Positions 12,010 through 25,103 of a stretch of 62,444 nt of DNA are shown here, one piece after another (within the stretch, counting starts at the first letter, position 1; every line of letters begins with the position of its first letter). The position numbers were made by a program, and so were the translations under genes. The notes beneath the pieces are model-generated. The model saw only the letters and a list, made by a program, of their open reading frames with translations. It made no database searches and was not told where the DNA came from. Location: positions 1 to 62,444 of the forward strand of contig MQRK01248054.1 in NCBI GenBank assembly GCA_001938485.1, given 5' to 3'. This DNA is from Girardia tigrina (Eukaryota).

Positions 12010-14321
12010 TTGGTTACATTTAAGAAATATCTGAAATTAGTTTGTTCGTTACGAAGAAAGGAATTGGATATATATTTTTTGGCTTCCTGTGTTGCCGAGA
12101 ATATTATCCCCTCATTTATATTCAAAAGAAAATTGCATGAATGCTTACAGAAAGAAGATATTCACAAAATTCATCGGAAGATCCTAAGGAGAATGCTGAA
12201 GACAGAGAAGAAACGAAGAAAAGAAATTGTGAAACGACTAACTATTGTTAGATCTGCACTGTACAATGTAAGTAGTGATTTGTGTTTTCATAGGTGTAAT
12301 ATTGTCTCTAATTATCACGCTAATAAAATCTCTTGTACCAAAATTGAGACACAGAACAAAAAACTTAAAATTTTAAGAAAATTATTTGGTGTTTTTGAAT
12401 TTTATATTAAAGATACAGTCTTAAATTTAAGTAATCTGGAATTATCAGATGAAGAGACCAATTTATGGAAATTTGGTCCTAAACAGGGAATTAGAACTAG
12501 GTTAAATAAATTTAAAATTCAATCTAAAATTGAATCAATGTTCCAATTTTTGACATTAAATCATGCTAAATTATTTAAAAGCGTGGATTTTGATATTTTA
12601 AAACACGTTTTAAATAATAGTATGAATGTAAATTTGGAAAAAAATAAAATACAATGTAATAAAGATTTTTTAATTTTAAAAAATTTATCAAAAAAGAATG
12701 TAAAGATATGTAAATTTGATAAAGGGAATGGACTTGTTGTAATGGATAATTATGATTATTTTGATAAAATGAAAAAGGTTTTAAATTGTCCGCAATTTAA
12801 TAAAGTTAGCAAATTTAGGAAAAATGGAAAGTTGATGAATTATTATCGTTATTATCGAATTTAATTGAAAATAAAAATATTGATAAAAATTTAGCTAATA
12901 GTTTAAAAGCATTTGGTTCTGAACCAGCCAAACTTTATGGACTTCCAAAAGTTCATAAAGATGGCATTCCTTTGCGTCCCGTATTATCCATGATAAATAC
13001 ATCTCAATATGAAGTAGCGAAATATCTTGATGGTAAATTAAAGCCTCTTCTGAAAAAGGGTTTTAATTGTATAGACAGTTTTGAATTTGTTGACTTTATT
13101 TAAAATTATAAGATTAGTAACAAAAATGAAATTATGGTTTCTTTTGATGTTGTTAGTCTTTTCACCAATGTTCCTCTGAAGGAAACGATTGATTTATGCT
13201 GCATTCTTTGGAAAGATAATGTTGGAGAACATCATCTTATCGATGAAGTTGCATTTCGTGAATTGTTGTGTTTTGCCACTTTCATTCATTTCTTTTTTCT
13301 ATTATTTTATTCATTTTTATTCTTTTTTATTCATTTTCTTTTTAATGAGTGGTATAAACAGGTTGATTGTGTAGCAATGGGTTCTCCCTTAGCTCCAACG
13401 CTGGCTTCAATATTTTTGTCAAGTATTGAAGATAAGATCAATTTGTTTCCGGGTCAAAAACCTCTAGCGTATAAACGCTACGTTGATGACATTTTTCTTA
13501 TTTTCGATAATCAAATTGACATAGATCCATTTTTAGGATACTTAAATTCTTTGCATCCGAATATTAAGTTTACAACAGAAACAGAGAATAATGATAAATT
13601 ATCTTTCCTAGACTTAATGATTGAAAGGAAAAGAGATGTTTATGAGACTGAGATTCACAGAAAGAAAACTGATACTGGGCTATATACAACGCCAAACAGT
13701 TTTTGTGAATCTCGATACAAATATAATATGATTAGAGGACTAATTTTTCGATCTTGGTCATTATCATCAACTTATACAAAAAGTTGTGATAGTATTAACC
13801 AATTAAATAAATTATTGAATAAAAATGGTTATTCAAAATCAATTGTTGAGAAATTGACCAAAGAAACAATTGAAAAATTAATTAATAAACCGAGTATAAA
13901 TGATAAAGAAGACTCAACAACTTTAAAATACGTTTTAAGCATTCTATATTCAGAAGGATTTGGTCAATTTAAACGTTCAATTTTAAAATGCGTAAATAAT
14001 GCCTTTAATTTAAAAATAATTTAATTTAATAATAATTTACAAACATATAAAATCCAAAATGTATTTTGTAATAAATCTCCAACACCATTTGGATTATGTT
14101 CAGATCTCGTATATAAATTTACATGTAATGGGTGTAATGCCACATTCATTGGAGAGACGTCCCGTCATCTTTGAAGGAGAATCCAAGAACATGGTCTGAA
14201 TGTAGGTGTGAGTAATATTGCAGAACACAGAAAGGGATGTAAGTCGAATGAAAACATAAGCATAAATGATTTTAAAATTCTGTGTTCTCGTTTTAAAAAC
14301 TATTGGGAGAGGATGGCCTGC
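12010..14321 (+). mobile_element. Penelope-like retroelement (RT + GIY-YIG), degenerate and 3'-truncated
   Basis: KFDKGNGLVVMD, KLYGLPKVHK, VSFDVVSLFTNVP, AMGSPLAPTLA, YKRYVDDIF, FLDL..HRKKTDTGLY; GIY-YIG LVYKFTCNGCNATFIGETSRHL*RRIQEH near 14105-14190; stops and frameshifts. Confidence 0.92.
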
Positions 14322-15720
14322 TTTTTTACTTCACGGAAGTTTGTAACTATAAAAATCTGATGGAAATTTAAAGATAAAGTATTATAAAAGAAATACACAA
14401 AGTTAAAATAATTTATTTATAAGCACATTATTTATCACTAAAAAATTATCTCAATAGGAAATCGATGAAAAATAGAAAATCTTTATTCTTTTAAAAATTA
14501 TTACTTTTTAAAAAACTTTTGTTGTCCTAAGATAAAATATTCAAATTTAATTAAATTTTTCAAGATGAAAAAATTATCTTTTCTAAAAACTTTATTTATA
14601 ATTTTATTTAATATAATATTATATTTTTATAACCAGAAGAATTAAAAATCTTTTCCAAATATAATACACAAAAATCTATTTTCATAGCTTTTTTCATAGA
14701 AGATTAAACATAATTAGATATAAAAAACATTAACTTTTGATTTAATTTTAATCTTGTAAATTTTGTTTTGTTTTAAATATTTTTTCCAATTAAATACTTT
14801 TCTTATCAGCCAAATCGATTTCTAATCCTTTCTTTTTGATCGAATTATCTGATTCATAGTACGTACCAAATGTTTTATTTTATCTTTCGGACTATTCTTT
14901 ATTCGGATACTTAACTAATTTCACAAACGTCTTATTTCAAACCCATTAGGATGATTCTTGATCTTTTACATTATACTTTTGCACGTTTTTTTATCGTATA
15001 TATTTCCTACCGGATTAAATAGTTAGATTTTTATTTATAGATATCATAAAACAATGTTTCAATGGTTCCACGAAAGGTGAAAAAGAAAAGTAAAATTTTA
15101 TTCTCTCTAGACTGTTATTTATTTATATTTTAATAGACTTCTATACCAAATAAATATTTTAAAAACATTCTTGAGGTATTTTTATATTGCACTATTTTTA
15201 TACATCAGTTTTCGTATACATGTCACAAACTAAGATGATACAAGAGTCGAGGATTACTATCTACTTTATTTAGTTTAAATGTACTCAACTACTTATATTA
15301 TGTTTAAATATTCCAAATTGGTCAATAAATTTTAATAGTCAGAAAACTTCAGTGATTTTGAAAATGAATAGTTTCAGAGTTTCAGAGTACAAACGAAAGA
15401 TCATATACAGTGGCCGCTCCTAAAATTGAATGCTTCTTAAATTGAAGAGCTCAAAAATACATAGTAAGAATATACATTTGTGCTCAATTTAGAGAGCTAT
15501 CACTATACTAAACTTCCAGAATTCTTCAACCTTAACTTGATCTCATTTACATTATTTCCGTCATTTTCTAACTTCATTAAAATCATCCATAATTGGAAAA
15601 CCTAAAGTCATATTTTTTATTAACATAATTTTATAAAATTTATGAAATTAATAATATAAAAATCTTTATTTTTAATTAAAATAATATTAAAAGTTAAATT
15701 TCTTAAATTTTAAATGGTAC

Positions 15721-16069
15721 CTTGAAGTAGAAACTGATTGGTTTACGTTATCCTTAAATAGTCTAATGCGATCCTTAATTGACAAAAGAGATTCGTCAGT
15801 TCCTTCCAATTTTACATCGATTGTGGTAACTGGACCAGAGCGAAGGGTACTTTGATTTACTTTATTGCTCATTAATGATTTAGCCCGTTGTGCCACAGTT
15901 ACTAAAGAAGGATCAACTGTATTATTTTTCATTGCCTGATTAGAATATCGATCAGTTTTCTTCGAAGTGTAGAATCGTTTATTGATATCCTTTTCTTTAT
16001 CACAGCAAATGTCTTCGGGCTCAGATACGGGGGACAACTGATTACCGATATATTCCTTGACCCATGTGT
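15721..16069 (-). CDS. Internal exon of an uncharacterised host gene (hydrophilic, probably disordered)
   Basis: Open frame ..TWVKEYIGNQLSPVSEPED..SIKDRIRLFKDNVNQSVSTSR bounded by tattag| acceptor and AG|GTACC donor; phase-1 acceptor fits the donor of exon 25104-25558. Confidence 0.6.
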
Positions 16070-17195
16070 CTAATATAATAATAGTAGAGAAAAGAAAAAA
16101 CAGACGATCAAATATTGTTAAACATGTGATCTTTCTGACACACAATTCTTGCACTTTACTGAAAGAAATAATTTTAAACACTAATTTATACATATTTAAA
16201 CAGTCATTGCTGGCACACACATTCATTAAACATACAAATTTATACATATTCAACTCAGTTTGTATGAAAAAATAAATATAATATGTAGACCACATTTAAA
16301 TTATGCATTTATTTCAGATAATAGGACCATCTATGTTGAATGAGATAAATATCAGTGTGATCAAATGCCATTCTTCAAAATTATACATTTTTTTATAAAT
16401 AAAAATCATAAACAAATTATTTTTCTTTTAGCATACATTGTTTTGAAAAAAATTAGTAATTCACAAAAAGATCTCAAAATAAATAGCAAATTATTTTTTT
16501 ATAAAAGTTATTGGGTTTTTTGTTTCAGTGATTCAAAAATATTTATAATTCGGATATAAATCATATTTTTTTTCATTTTTTTTATTTCTTTGTAAATAAT
16601 TAAAAAGGGAAAATGTTTTTTTGATACAAAAATTTTTAAAAAAATATGATAAAAAAAATTTGTACAATACAACCTAGGTCGTTTTTCATCTTTTGGCATA
16701 GATCTATGGCAAAATTGTGCCTCTATAAACAAGAAGGGATTAATTAAATAATTTCGCAGCATGGAATTATGTTACAATAATTTTTATTTAAAACTTTTTA
16801 AAGTCCTCCAATGTTATCATATTTCCATTTACAGTCGTAATTCACAGATAAAAATGTACTTTCAAAATTTGTAAGTTTTTTTTTAAATTTTAAAAGATAT
16901 TTTAAGAAATCTGACAAATTACATTGGTCTAAAAATGTTTTCAATCACAAAAATATTATTATAAGTGTTCTAGGGTAATATTGTATGATTTAACATTAAT
17001 ACATTGCCTATAAGAATATACGAAAGCAGTATAATTTAAGACAATAAGCGTAGAAAATTAACGTAACATAGTCAATTATTGCTAGATGCAAATACATTAG
17101 TTAAACAAAACGGCTGTATAAAAATTGTTTAACAATGAAAGAACTTTTAAAACAGCAAAGCTACTGTGACAAATATTATATTCCTAGTCAGTTTA

Positions 17196-18483
17196 TTAGG
17201 GTGAACCAAAAGTCTTTTCGTAATTTTTATTAAAAATTTAAACATAATTTTACAACAAATAAAAAACATTTAAGTTTCAAAGTAAAGGTCATTTGAATCT
17301 ATAGCTTGAACCCATCTATGAGCAAGTTGTGCGATCCCGTTGCGGTACCAATCCTTGTTCTTCGAAGCGAAGAACTGGTGACACCCGTTTTCGACCTCGG
17401 TCAGATTATTGAAGCTGCGATCACGAAGAAAGTGTGCCATAGAGCGGAAAAGGTGATAGTCGGATGGCGCAAGAGCCGGACTATACGCTGGGTGTGGAAG
17501 AAGTTCAAATGAATCGAGATTTTTGATTTTTTCCTTTGTTTATTTGGCTGTGTGCGGTTTTGCATTGTCCTGTTGTAGAAGAACTCGCTTTCGATTGATC
17601 AAAGAGGGGTATTTCTCGCCAAGTGCCGCATGCATTCGATCAAGTTGAGCGCAGTAAAGGTCAGCGTCGATGGTACGACCATTTGGAACCAGCTCGAAGT
17701 GAATCACGCCTTAGAAATTCCACCAAACACACAAAAGTGCCTTCCTTGAGAAACGATCTCGTTTCGCTACCGGTTTCGTCATTTATCCGGGGTCCAACCA
17801 TTGATTTTGTTGGTCTTGATTACTGAAGTAAATCCACTTTTCATCGCAAGTTACAATTCGACGGATGAAACGGTCATCGCGCGGATTTCCAAGCAATTTT
17901 TGACAAATTTCGAAACGCTTTTCGGCTTGAATTTGTGTCAATTCATGAGGCACTTCTCGACATCGTCTATTGACCTTACCAAGAGCGTGAAGGTGTCGTA
18001 CAATGGATGTTTGAGGAATATCGAGTTTGGGCGACAATCTGCAAGTACTTATTGACGGATTTGTCTCGACGGTTTCACGAATTGCTCCGGAATCTACGGT
18101 GATAGATCGGCCTAAACGTGCATTGTCTCCGAGGTCAATGCTGCCTTCGTTGAACCTTTTGAATCAATTTTGTGCAGTACGATTTGAGACCACATTATCG
18201 CCTTCAACTTCGCATATCTTCTTTGTTGCTGCAGTTGCGTTTAAGTCCTGTTTCCAGTAATGGCGTAAAAGAACACGAATTTCAAAATTTTCCATGATTT
18301 TTCTAAAAGACGATAAAAATTATATTAACGACTAATTAGAAGTTTTAATATATATTGTGATAGAGCAGTTCAAGAGTTTAAGAAAAAATATAACACATGT
18401 ATATAAAATATCTTTATTTGGTAATTTGAAACAATTGAACAAAAAGACGTAGAAAATACGAAAAGACTTTTGATTCACACTAA
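17196..18483 (-). mobile_element. Mariner element, both ends present, defective transposase
   Basis: TIRs TTAGGGTGAACCAAAAGTCTTTTCGTA / TACGAAAAGACTTTTGATTCACACTAA, TA flanks; MENFEIRVLLRHYWKQ, EVPHELT, IVTCDEKWIY; in-frame stops. Confidence 0.92.
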
Positions 18484-18889
18484 TATTATAAGTATCACAC
18501 ATTTAGGTGTAAATATTTATTTATTTATTTAACGGATAATTCCTAATAGTATTATGAATTATTAGACCTAATAGTATCCCTACTCATTTTTTTCAATGGC
18601 ATACTAATGATACTATTTTAATCCTAATAATATCATTACAAATTTTTTATGATAGTTCATGATTCTATTCTAATAGTTTCTCTGATACTATTAGAAGTTA
18701 TCCTTTATTTTATAACGAATTCCAGAATTAATCTGTTTTTGCTGAATTCGTGAATTCACTAACAGACTTGTCGAAATCACGAATTCTTGAAACTTCGTGA
18801 AATTGTTCACGAATTATCCAAATAACATTTGAATAATAAAATTTGTTTCATTGAATAAAATATTTTTATTTCTAAAATTTAAAGTTTTT

Positions 18890-19150
18890 CAAATTTACAA
18901 TTTTGCAAATTTGGTTTAATATATACATTCAAATCATGTAATTGGAACTTCCGGCAACCATAAACTAAATTTGAAGTTGCTCCGAGTCAATATATTGTAT
19001 TATACTAGAACAATTTTTGAACTCGTTTCCAAATAATATTTAATAATTAAAATAAATACATAAATTGTGAAATTAAGTAAAGAAATAATTGGAACCATAT
19101 TTAACTTGAATAACTATAACTTATTAATAATTTAATGCTGATAAAATTAT
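18890..19150 (+). repeat. ~261 bp direct repeat, copy 1
   Basis: Near-identical to 24490-24751 (caaatttacaattttgc...gctgataaaattat). Confidence 0.9.
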
Positions 19151-19656
19151 GTATAATAGCGTTAATAAAAAGATGGTTTGAAAATTTAAAAAAATTGCCT
19201 AAATAAATATGAGATGGTTAAATTGTATGATATCAAAATTTTGTGTCCCAATATTTTCAAAGAACAATCATTGTAATTTTTAAATCAAACTTTTGTACAA
19301 TCTGACGCGTATGACGCACAAGTCACAATCCGGCCCTGTATATCTGTATTATGCCCCGTATATATAATCTACTGAATAATTAATCTTAACTGTGCAAAGT
19401 TTATTACTTTAGATAACATGAAATGCATCAAGTATGCAATTATTAGTAATACATCACAGATAATGCAATTATACATTAATTTTCAAACTAACTATTAATC
19501 ACAAAATTTGTTTACCAAGTCCATAAAAATACAATATAATGTACAATAAATGTAAAGAATTCTATTAAAATATAATTTTTAAGCATGAATCTGTAGCATC
19601 TATTTTTACAAAAATTCGAATATTGTCAATCTCGGTTATATACCTTGCATATATGA

Positions 19657-19659
<3 letters not shown>

Positions 19660-19701
<42 letters not shown>
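19660..19701. repeat. (TA)n microsatellite
   Basis: About 20 consecutive TA units. Confidence 0.95.
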
Positions 19702-19704
<3 letters not shown>

Positions 19705-21714
19705 ATATATGATTCAAAACTGAATAACAAATGGAATTATTTATATTTATTTTATATAGAATGAATTATTTCTGTACAAGGAACAACAGTAACTGGTCTG
19801 ACTTTGGTTGGTCCTAATTTTAGAAAAACAATTTATTGTCAGAAGATTTGATATATTTATTAGTCACATTCAGTCTGACTCATTTAGATATCCAAAAGGC
19901 AGAAGCAAAATAAATTTCAAAATATAATACAAAGAATTTGAGAAATAACTCTCCTAATATTGCAGAATTTAAAAGAATAAAACAATAAAAAACATTGGAA
20001 ATATCAACAGCGATATGTACAGTAATAAATAATTCAGTAATAAAAAAGTTATTAACATTATATTACCTATCGATCAATAAAAATGCTACGTGAATTAGAT
20101 GGATATTGAACATTAATTATAATTATCTTATGATATATTATGATCTTTTCTTTGTATTTAAGGAAAGTAATATTTATAGTACATTTTTACAAATATATTA
20201 ATAATGACTCACTAATGAGCTATTATGTTTTCTTTTAAAGTCACAAGAGACTATTAGACTAATTATTGTAAAATTAAACAGTATGGGAAATTAGATAAAC
20301 AAGATGATTGCTGAAAAACAACGATTAATATCTTGTTCGAAATAAAGACAAAATCATCGCCAAATCAACCATTATACTTTTAGATATTATACTCTGTGAT
20401 ACCACAGAGAGATGTAACTGAATTAATATGTGATCCAAATAAAGTCAGTTTGTGTTAGTCTGTTGTTTATACCTCACAATGAATACAGATTTATGAAATT
20501 AACTCTAGATTGTTCCATTTTCTTACTTAAAAAATATCGTCAAATCCCTAATTGTAAAAGTTTGTCACATTATCATAAATATATCAGTCTACTGGACAAT
20601 TCTTCAGATATTAGAAAGAAACATTACTTGTAATATGAAGTGATAATTAAATTGTTTCTTTCGATGTTCTGTAAAGGAACATTTGTAAAAGGTATCATAA
20701 ATATTACTATACATTATATTTGGGGACTTGTTACATTGGTAACATGTGTTAAGCCAGTCGGACATATCTCCACGAGGTATCCTGGGAAACTAGAGTTCTC
20801 TTCTCTAGGTTAGTGTCCGAAGCTTGCCTTGTTGGGGTACTGACCAACATGTAGTATGGAAGGCAAGGGCTCGCAATCCATTTCCGTAAAAGTCTTGCTA
20901 TTTTGAGTGGGATTATGGATACGCTTAACGNCGGGGCTCGTAATCAGTTGAGGGTAGGCGAGTTTCCTTATACGATGATACAACCGACTCAACTCCTTAT
21001 AAGTTCTATGAGCTTTTAGCTCGGGTAAGAGCCGCACGAGCAATTGTATGCAGCCACTGGGGGGAGGAGGCCTACTATACATTATGTAAGGTTAGGTATT
21101 AACATTATTAAATATAATATATAATATTCCTACTGGAAAATACAACGGATACAGGTATATTCAACTGTCTCTTTCCTGAAAGCAAAAAAAGTGGTTGTAC
21201 AGCTACGGCTTTTGCAAATCGCCGATATAGGGATCATGATTGTTCCTCTTTCAGAGGTAAACCGAAGCGTACCCATGCACTGAAAGCTCACATTCTACAT
21301 CTGAAGCTGTAGGAGAGAATTTGAATACTCTAGTACATTTTATGGTTTCTACTCCATACAAAGTCTGCGATTGAATACCCTGTACGCCAATGTCTCTAAT
21401 ACTGTTATGTGTACAGCTGAGTGGAAAATGATTAAAAGCATATTATAACAGGTAAAAAATTAAACAATTTACAAATTTTTTATAAAATATTTCGAAAGGT
21501 ATCAGAACTACAATTTATTTGTGAAACATTATTTTGGAAGGTCCAACGATTATTTAATAAAAAAAGAATATCTAAATTATTAATTACAACAGCAACGTTA
21601 TTTTTATTCATTTTAACTTACCAATTAATGAATAAATTAGATAAACAATTACGTTTAACATATTTAATCCCAATTTTTATTTGTGTTTCGAAATTTATGG
21701 TAAAAATTTTTAAT

Positions 21715-23914
21715 TCGCCTTCGCAAAAGTATCCGACTATTTTTTTAGAGTATTGGCGTTGAATAACAATTTTCTATGAAGCAACAGAAAGTAGAACAAG
21801 GAAATAACAATTTATTATCATGAATTCGATAATGAGAGTTCAGTAGATCAGTATTTTTTTAATATTCATTAGAATTTATAATTTCATTAACTTTCTCACT
21901 CATGGTATTTACAATATTATGAATGAATTCCATTGTGAACGAGGTCCACTCTTCCAGAAAATTATGACTCAAAGCAACGAGCGTGATGAGGACTGACTTT
22001 CTCCTTCTTACTCGCTTCTCTAACTCGTCCAATATTTTCTCTATTGGGTCGAGATCGTGACATTGATGAATTCTGTAATCTCGAACCAGCTTTTTACCAT
22101 CTTGGAAATGTGACAAGTCTTAAATGGTAAATGTGCTTGATCGAAAGGTCAGTGGCGCGAAGCTACCATCCGAGAGATTAAGACTGAACGCCTCTAAGTC
22201 TGAATCTCGCCTAGAAGTAATGATAATTACGTGCCATCCTCGTAAAGAGGCAATTTTATTATCTATTAAGGCAACTTAATGGATGTGGCTAAGCCATATA
22301 TTTCAACTCTAACCATTCTATGAAAATAGTGGGGATGTTTGAATCATATTATATGATTTACGTGTTGGCATTAAATCGTTTGTAGACGACTTACTTTACG
22401 GTCGGGGAAGCGTACGAATTCGAGCGGTTTAAACTGCGAGTTTTTGAACTTCAGCCCCATAAGACGCGATGATGAAAGTGTGACAAGTCTTAAATGGTAA
22501 ATGTGCTTGATCGAAAGGTCAGTGGAAATTTCTTTTGTTGAAATTTCTTGTTGAAATTTCTTTTGACGTACCTCTGGGTAAAAGGGAATTAGATCATTCT
22601 CTAAAATGTTGACATATTCCTGGCAATCGACTCTTTCAGGTGACAAAATCAGTAGTCCGATTTCCTCTGTAGTAAAGCCAAACGACACCATTGCCGCCCC
22701 TTTACTGTGCAACCTGAAAAAAACACCATAAACTTTTATTCTGTATACTGATGTTTATTGCAAAAATGTGATCTGAACATATCTGGCAGTCAGTCATACT
22801 GTTCTTTTTTTTCTCCAAACCCATTATCAACCATCTGATTTAAATAGCTTAAAGCGTGACTCGGCAGACTAAACAATGCTAACCCACTGTAGCTACATCA
22901 AAGATCTTCACTCTTTACACCACGAAAATCTCCGTCTTCTGTTTTTCTCGGGAAAATATGATTTATTCTTGCCAGCTCTTCCATATTAAGACATTTCATA
23001 AAGATGTCTCCTTATGGTCCATTTGGAGACTGGAGATCTGGGGAATAGAGAAGTGATTTGGCTGATGGAAGTATTCTGTTTTGCTTCACTATCATCTTTA
23101 AGTTATGTTTCCCTCTGCTGGAAATAAAGGGAGTACAGCCACTTCTGACAGAGAAGTAACATTTCCTCTCCTTTTGAATGAGCGTATTGTGCTATAGTAG
23201 TTATGGGATGTTCAGTTAAGGCAACTATCTGTCCCAGAAACTTTCCTCGTAAATGACAGCGTTGAGCCTCTATGTTTTCTCGAGTTAATGTTCCCTGCAC
23301 AAGTTCCTTGCACAGCTCGGATATGTAAGGGAAAATCATCCGCCTCTCATGTCGCATCCCCATTACATGACCATTGAAAACGTTAAGGCAGATATGACAT
23401 GAATGATGGCAGTCGGCTATGTTGTTAAAACATTGATCACTGACAAATAATCGAACTTCTACTCTTTGAAAAGCAGAATTGTCAAATCTGCTGAACACTT
23501 CGACAATAGATTTATAACATATTAAAGTCGTTAGAGATAAGAAAAATAGCAGACTTTAAAACATTTTTATTTGCAAGAAAAGATATATAGTTTATTTTTT
23601 AAATTTGTGCAAAGAACTTTTAGTTTTTTAATTGTTTAAAACGCAGTTTATAATGTTTATTGTTTTCTTTTTTAATTATTTACATAAAAATTTTTTATAA
23701 ATAAAATTCATATGCAATCAATCACCAAAAATGTAAAAATTTACAAATTATGAAAAACATTGTTGAAAACATATCATAAAATAAACATAACAAAAATAAA
23801 TTACAAAGACAAATAATAAATACAATATTCAGAAATCGAAAATGCAGTGTTGAAGTCACAGCAATAGCCAATTACGATACCACGCTGAGTTTCAGTTAGT
23901 TCATGACCCTTCAT
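21715..23914 (-). pseudogene. Decayed Tc1-type transposon carrying internal insertions
   Basis: N-terminus MKGHELTETQRGIVIG at 23914; VSKWTIRRHL..AESRFKLFKSDG..WVWRK (23050-22800); EYVNILENDLIPF..KFQQ; DLDPIEKILDELEKRV; CAAAAGTATCCGAC Tc1-like terminal motif near 21724. Confidence 0.7.
22110..22525 (+). rRNA. Dispersed copy (pseudogene) of the 3'-terminal ~370 nt of 28S rRNA, circularly permuted and terminally redundant
   Basis: Conserved LSU domain VI blocks GCGAAGCTACCATC..GACTGAACGCCTCTAAGTC.GAATC (22156-22206) and TAAATCGTTTGTAGACGAC..GGTCGGGG..CGTAC..CTGCGA..TGAA..TCAGCCC (22372-22457); 47 bp perfect repeat 22109-22155 = 22479-22525; TGGAAAT at both flanks. Confidence 0.9.
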
Positions 23915-23939
23915 CTTAAAAAATGACCATTGACTATAC

Positions 23940-24047
23940 CAAAGGTTCCCAAACTTTTTTCACTCGTAGACGCCTTGCATGATTTTCGATTTTGGGTAGA
24001 CTAAGAAAAACAATAGACCCTGGTTTTTTTCCCTTTGGGAACCTATG
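23940..24047. mobile_element. 108 bp hAT (Buster-type) MITE
   Basis: TIRs CAAAGGTTCCCAAA / TTTGGGAACCTATG; perfect 8 bp TSD GACTATAC (23932-23939, 24048-24055). Confidence 0.9.
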
Positions 24048-24489
24048 GACTATACTATATTTTAATGAGGAAACATGATGAATAATTATTAATTGAATTT
24101 TATTGATTTTTTTTATGTATCTTTTGTTATATTAATATTAATTTAATATTAATTTAATATTTAATAGTACGTATTCGTGTAGGGCTGCAGCAAGATAAGT
24201 TGACATTTATATTACCACGGTTCAGCAAATAATAAAGCAACACAAAACAATTATTTCAAAAGGATAAGGTGTGAATAAATTATCAGAAATCATCCAGATA
24301 AAAAGGTATTTGGTGCTCCAGAAGTCGCCAAACTATGTGTTGAATTAATCTATAAACGGTGCCAAAAAGTACAAAAAGCGTAAAGAGATGAGCAGAGAGT
24401 TTAGATTGTTAATCCAAGATTCATGAACACACGTCTCTCATATATCATCAACTAAAAGATCTCTTACAGCGCATGGTGTGAAAGAAATG

Positions 24490-24751
24490 CAAATTTACAA
24501 TTTTGCAAATTTGGTTTAATATATACATTCAAATCATGTAATTGGAACTTCCGGCAACCATAAACTAAATTTGAAGTTGCTCCGAGTCAATATATTGTAT
24601 TATACTAGAACAATTTTTTGAACTCGTTTCCAAATAATATTTAATAATTAAAATAAATACATAAATGGTGAAATTAAGTAAAGAAATAATTGGAACCATA
24701 TTTAACTTGAATAACTATAACTTATTAATAATTTAATGCTGATAAAATTAT
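24490..24751 (+). repeat. ~261 bp direct repeat, copy 2
   Basis: Near-identical to 18890-19150 (one extra T and one substitution seen). Confidence 0.9.
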
Positions 24752-25103
24752 ATATGGCATTAATTATATTTTGCGTGAGCAAATTGGGTGATTTTAAAAG
24801 TAAGGTGTATCAGAGATACATGTTTATGAANNNNNNNNNNNNNNNNNNNNNNNNNNNNNNNNNNNNNNNNNNNNNNNNNNNNNNNNNNNNNNNNNNNNNN
24901 NNNNNNNNNNNNNNNNNNNNNNNNNNNNNNNNNNNNNNNNNNNNNNNNNNNNNNNNNNNNNNNNNNNNNNNNNNNNNNNNNNNNNNNNNNNNNNNNNNNN
25001 NNNNNNNNNNNNNNAATGTAGTTTATTTTTATATTATTCAGTTCTTTCTTTCCAGTATAAAGTTGATATTATAATTCACAACTTTAAGTTAACATTATCT
25101 TAC

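Noticed and set aside
20240-20640. A second, very decayed Penelope RT
   Set aside because: Only vague similarity by eye and no intact RT motif.
20729-21103. GC-richer segment bounded by TGT..ACA as a solo LTR
   Set aside because: No matching TSD, PBS, PPT or second copy in the window; left unassigned.
22110-22525. Functional rDNA locus
   Set aside because: Only the last ~370 nt of 28S is present, permuted and embedded in a Tc1 relic; no 18S, 5.8S or remainder of 28S.
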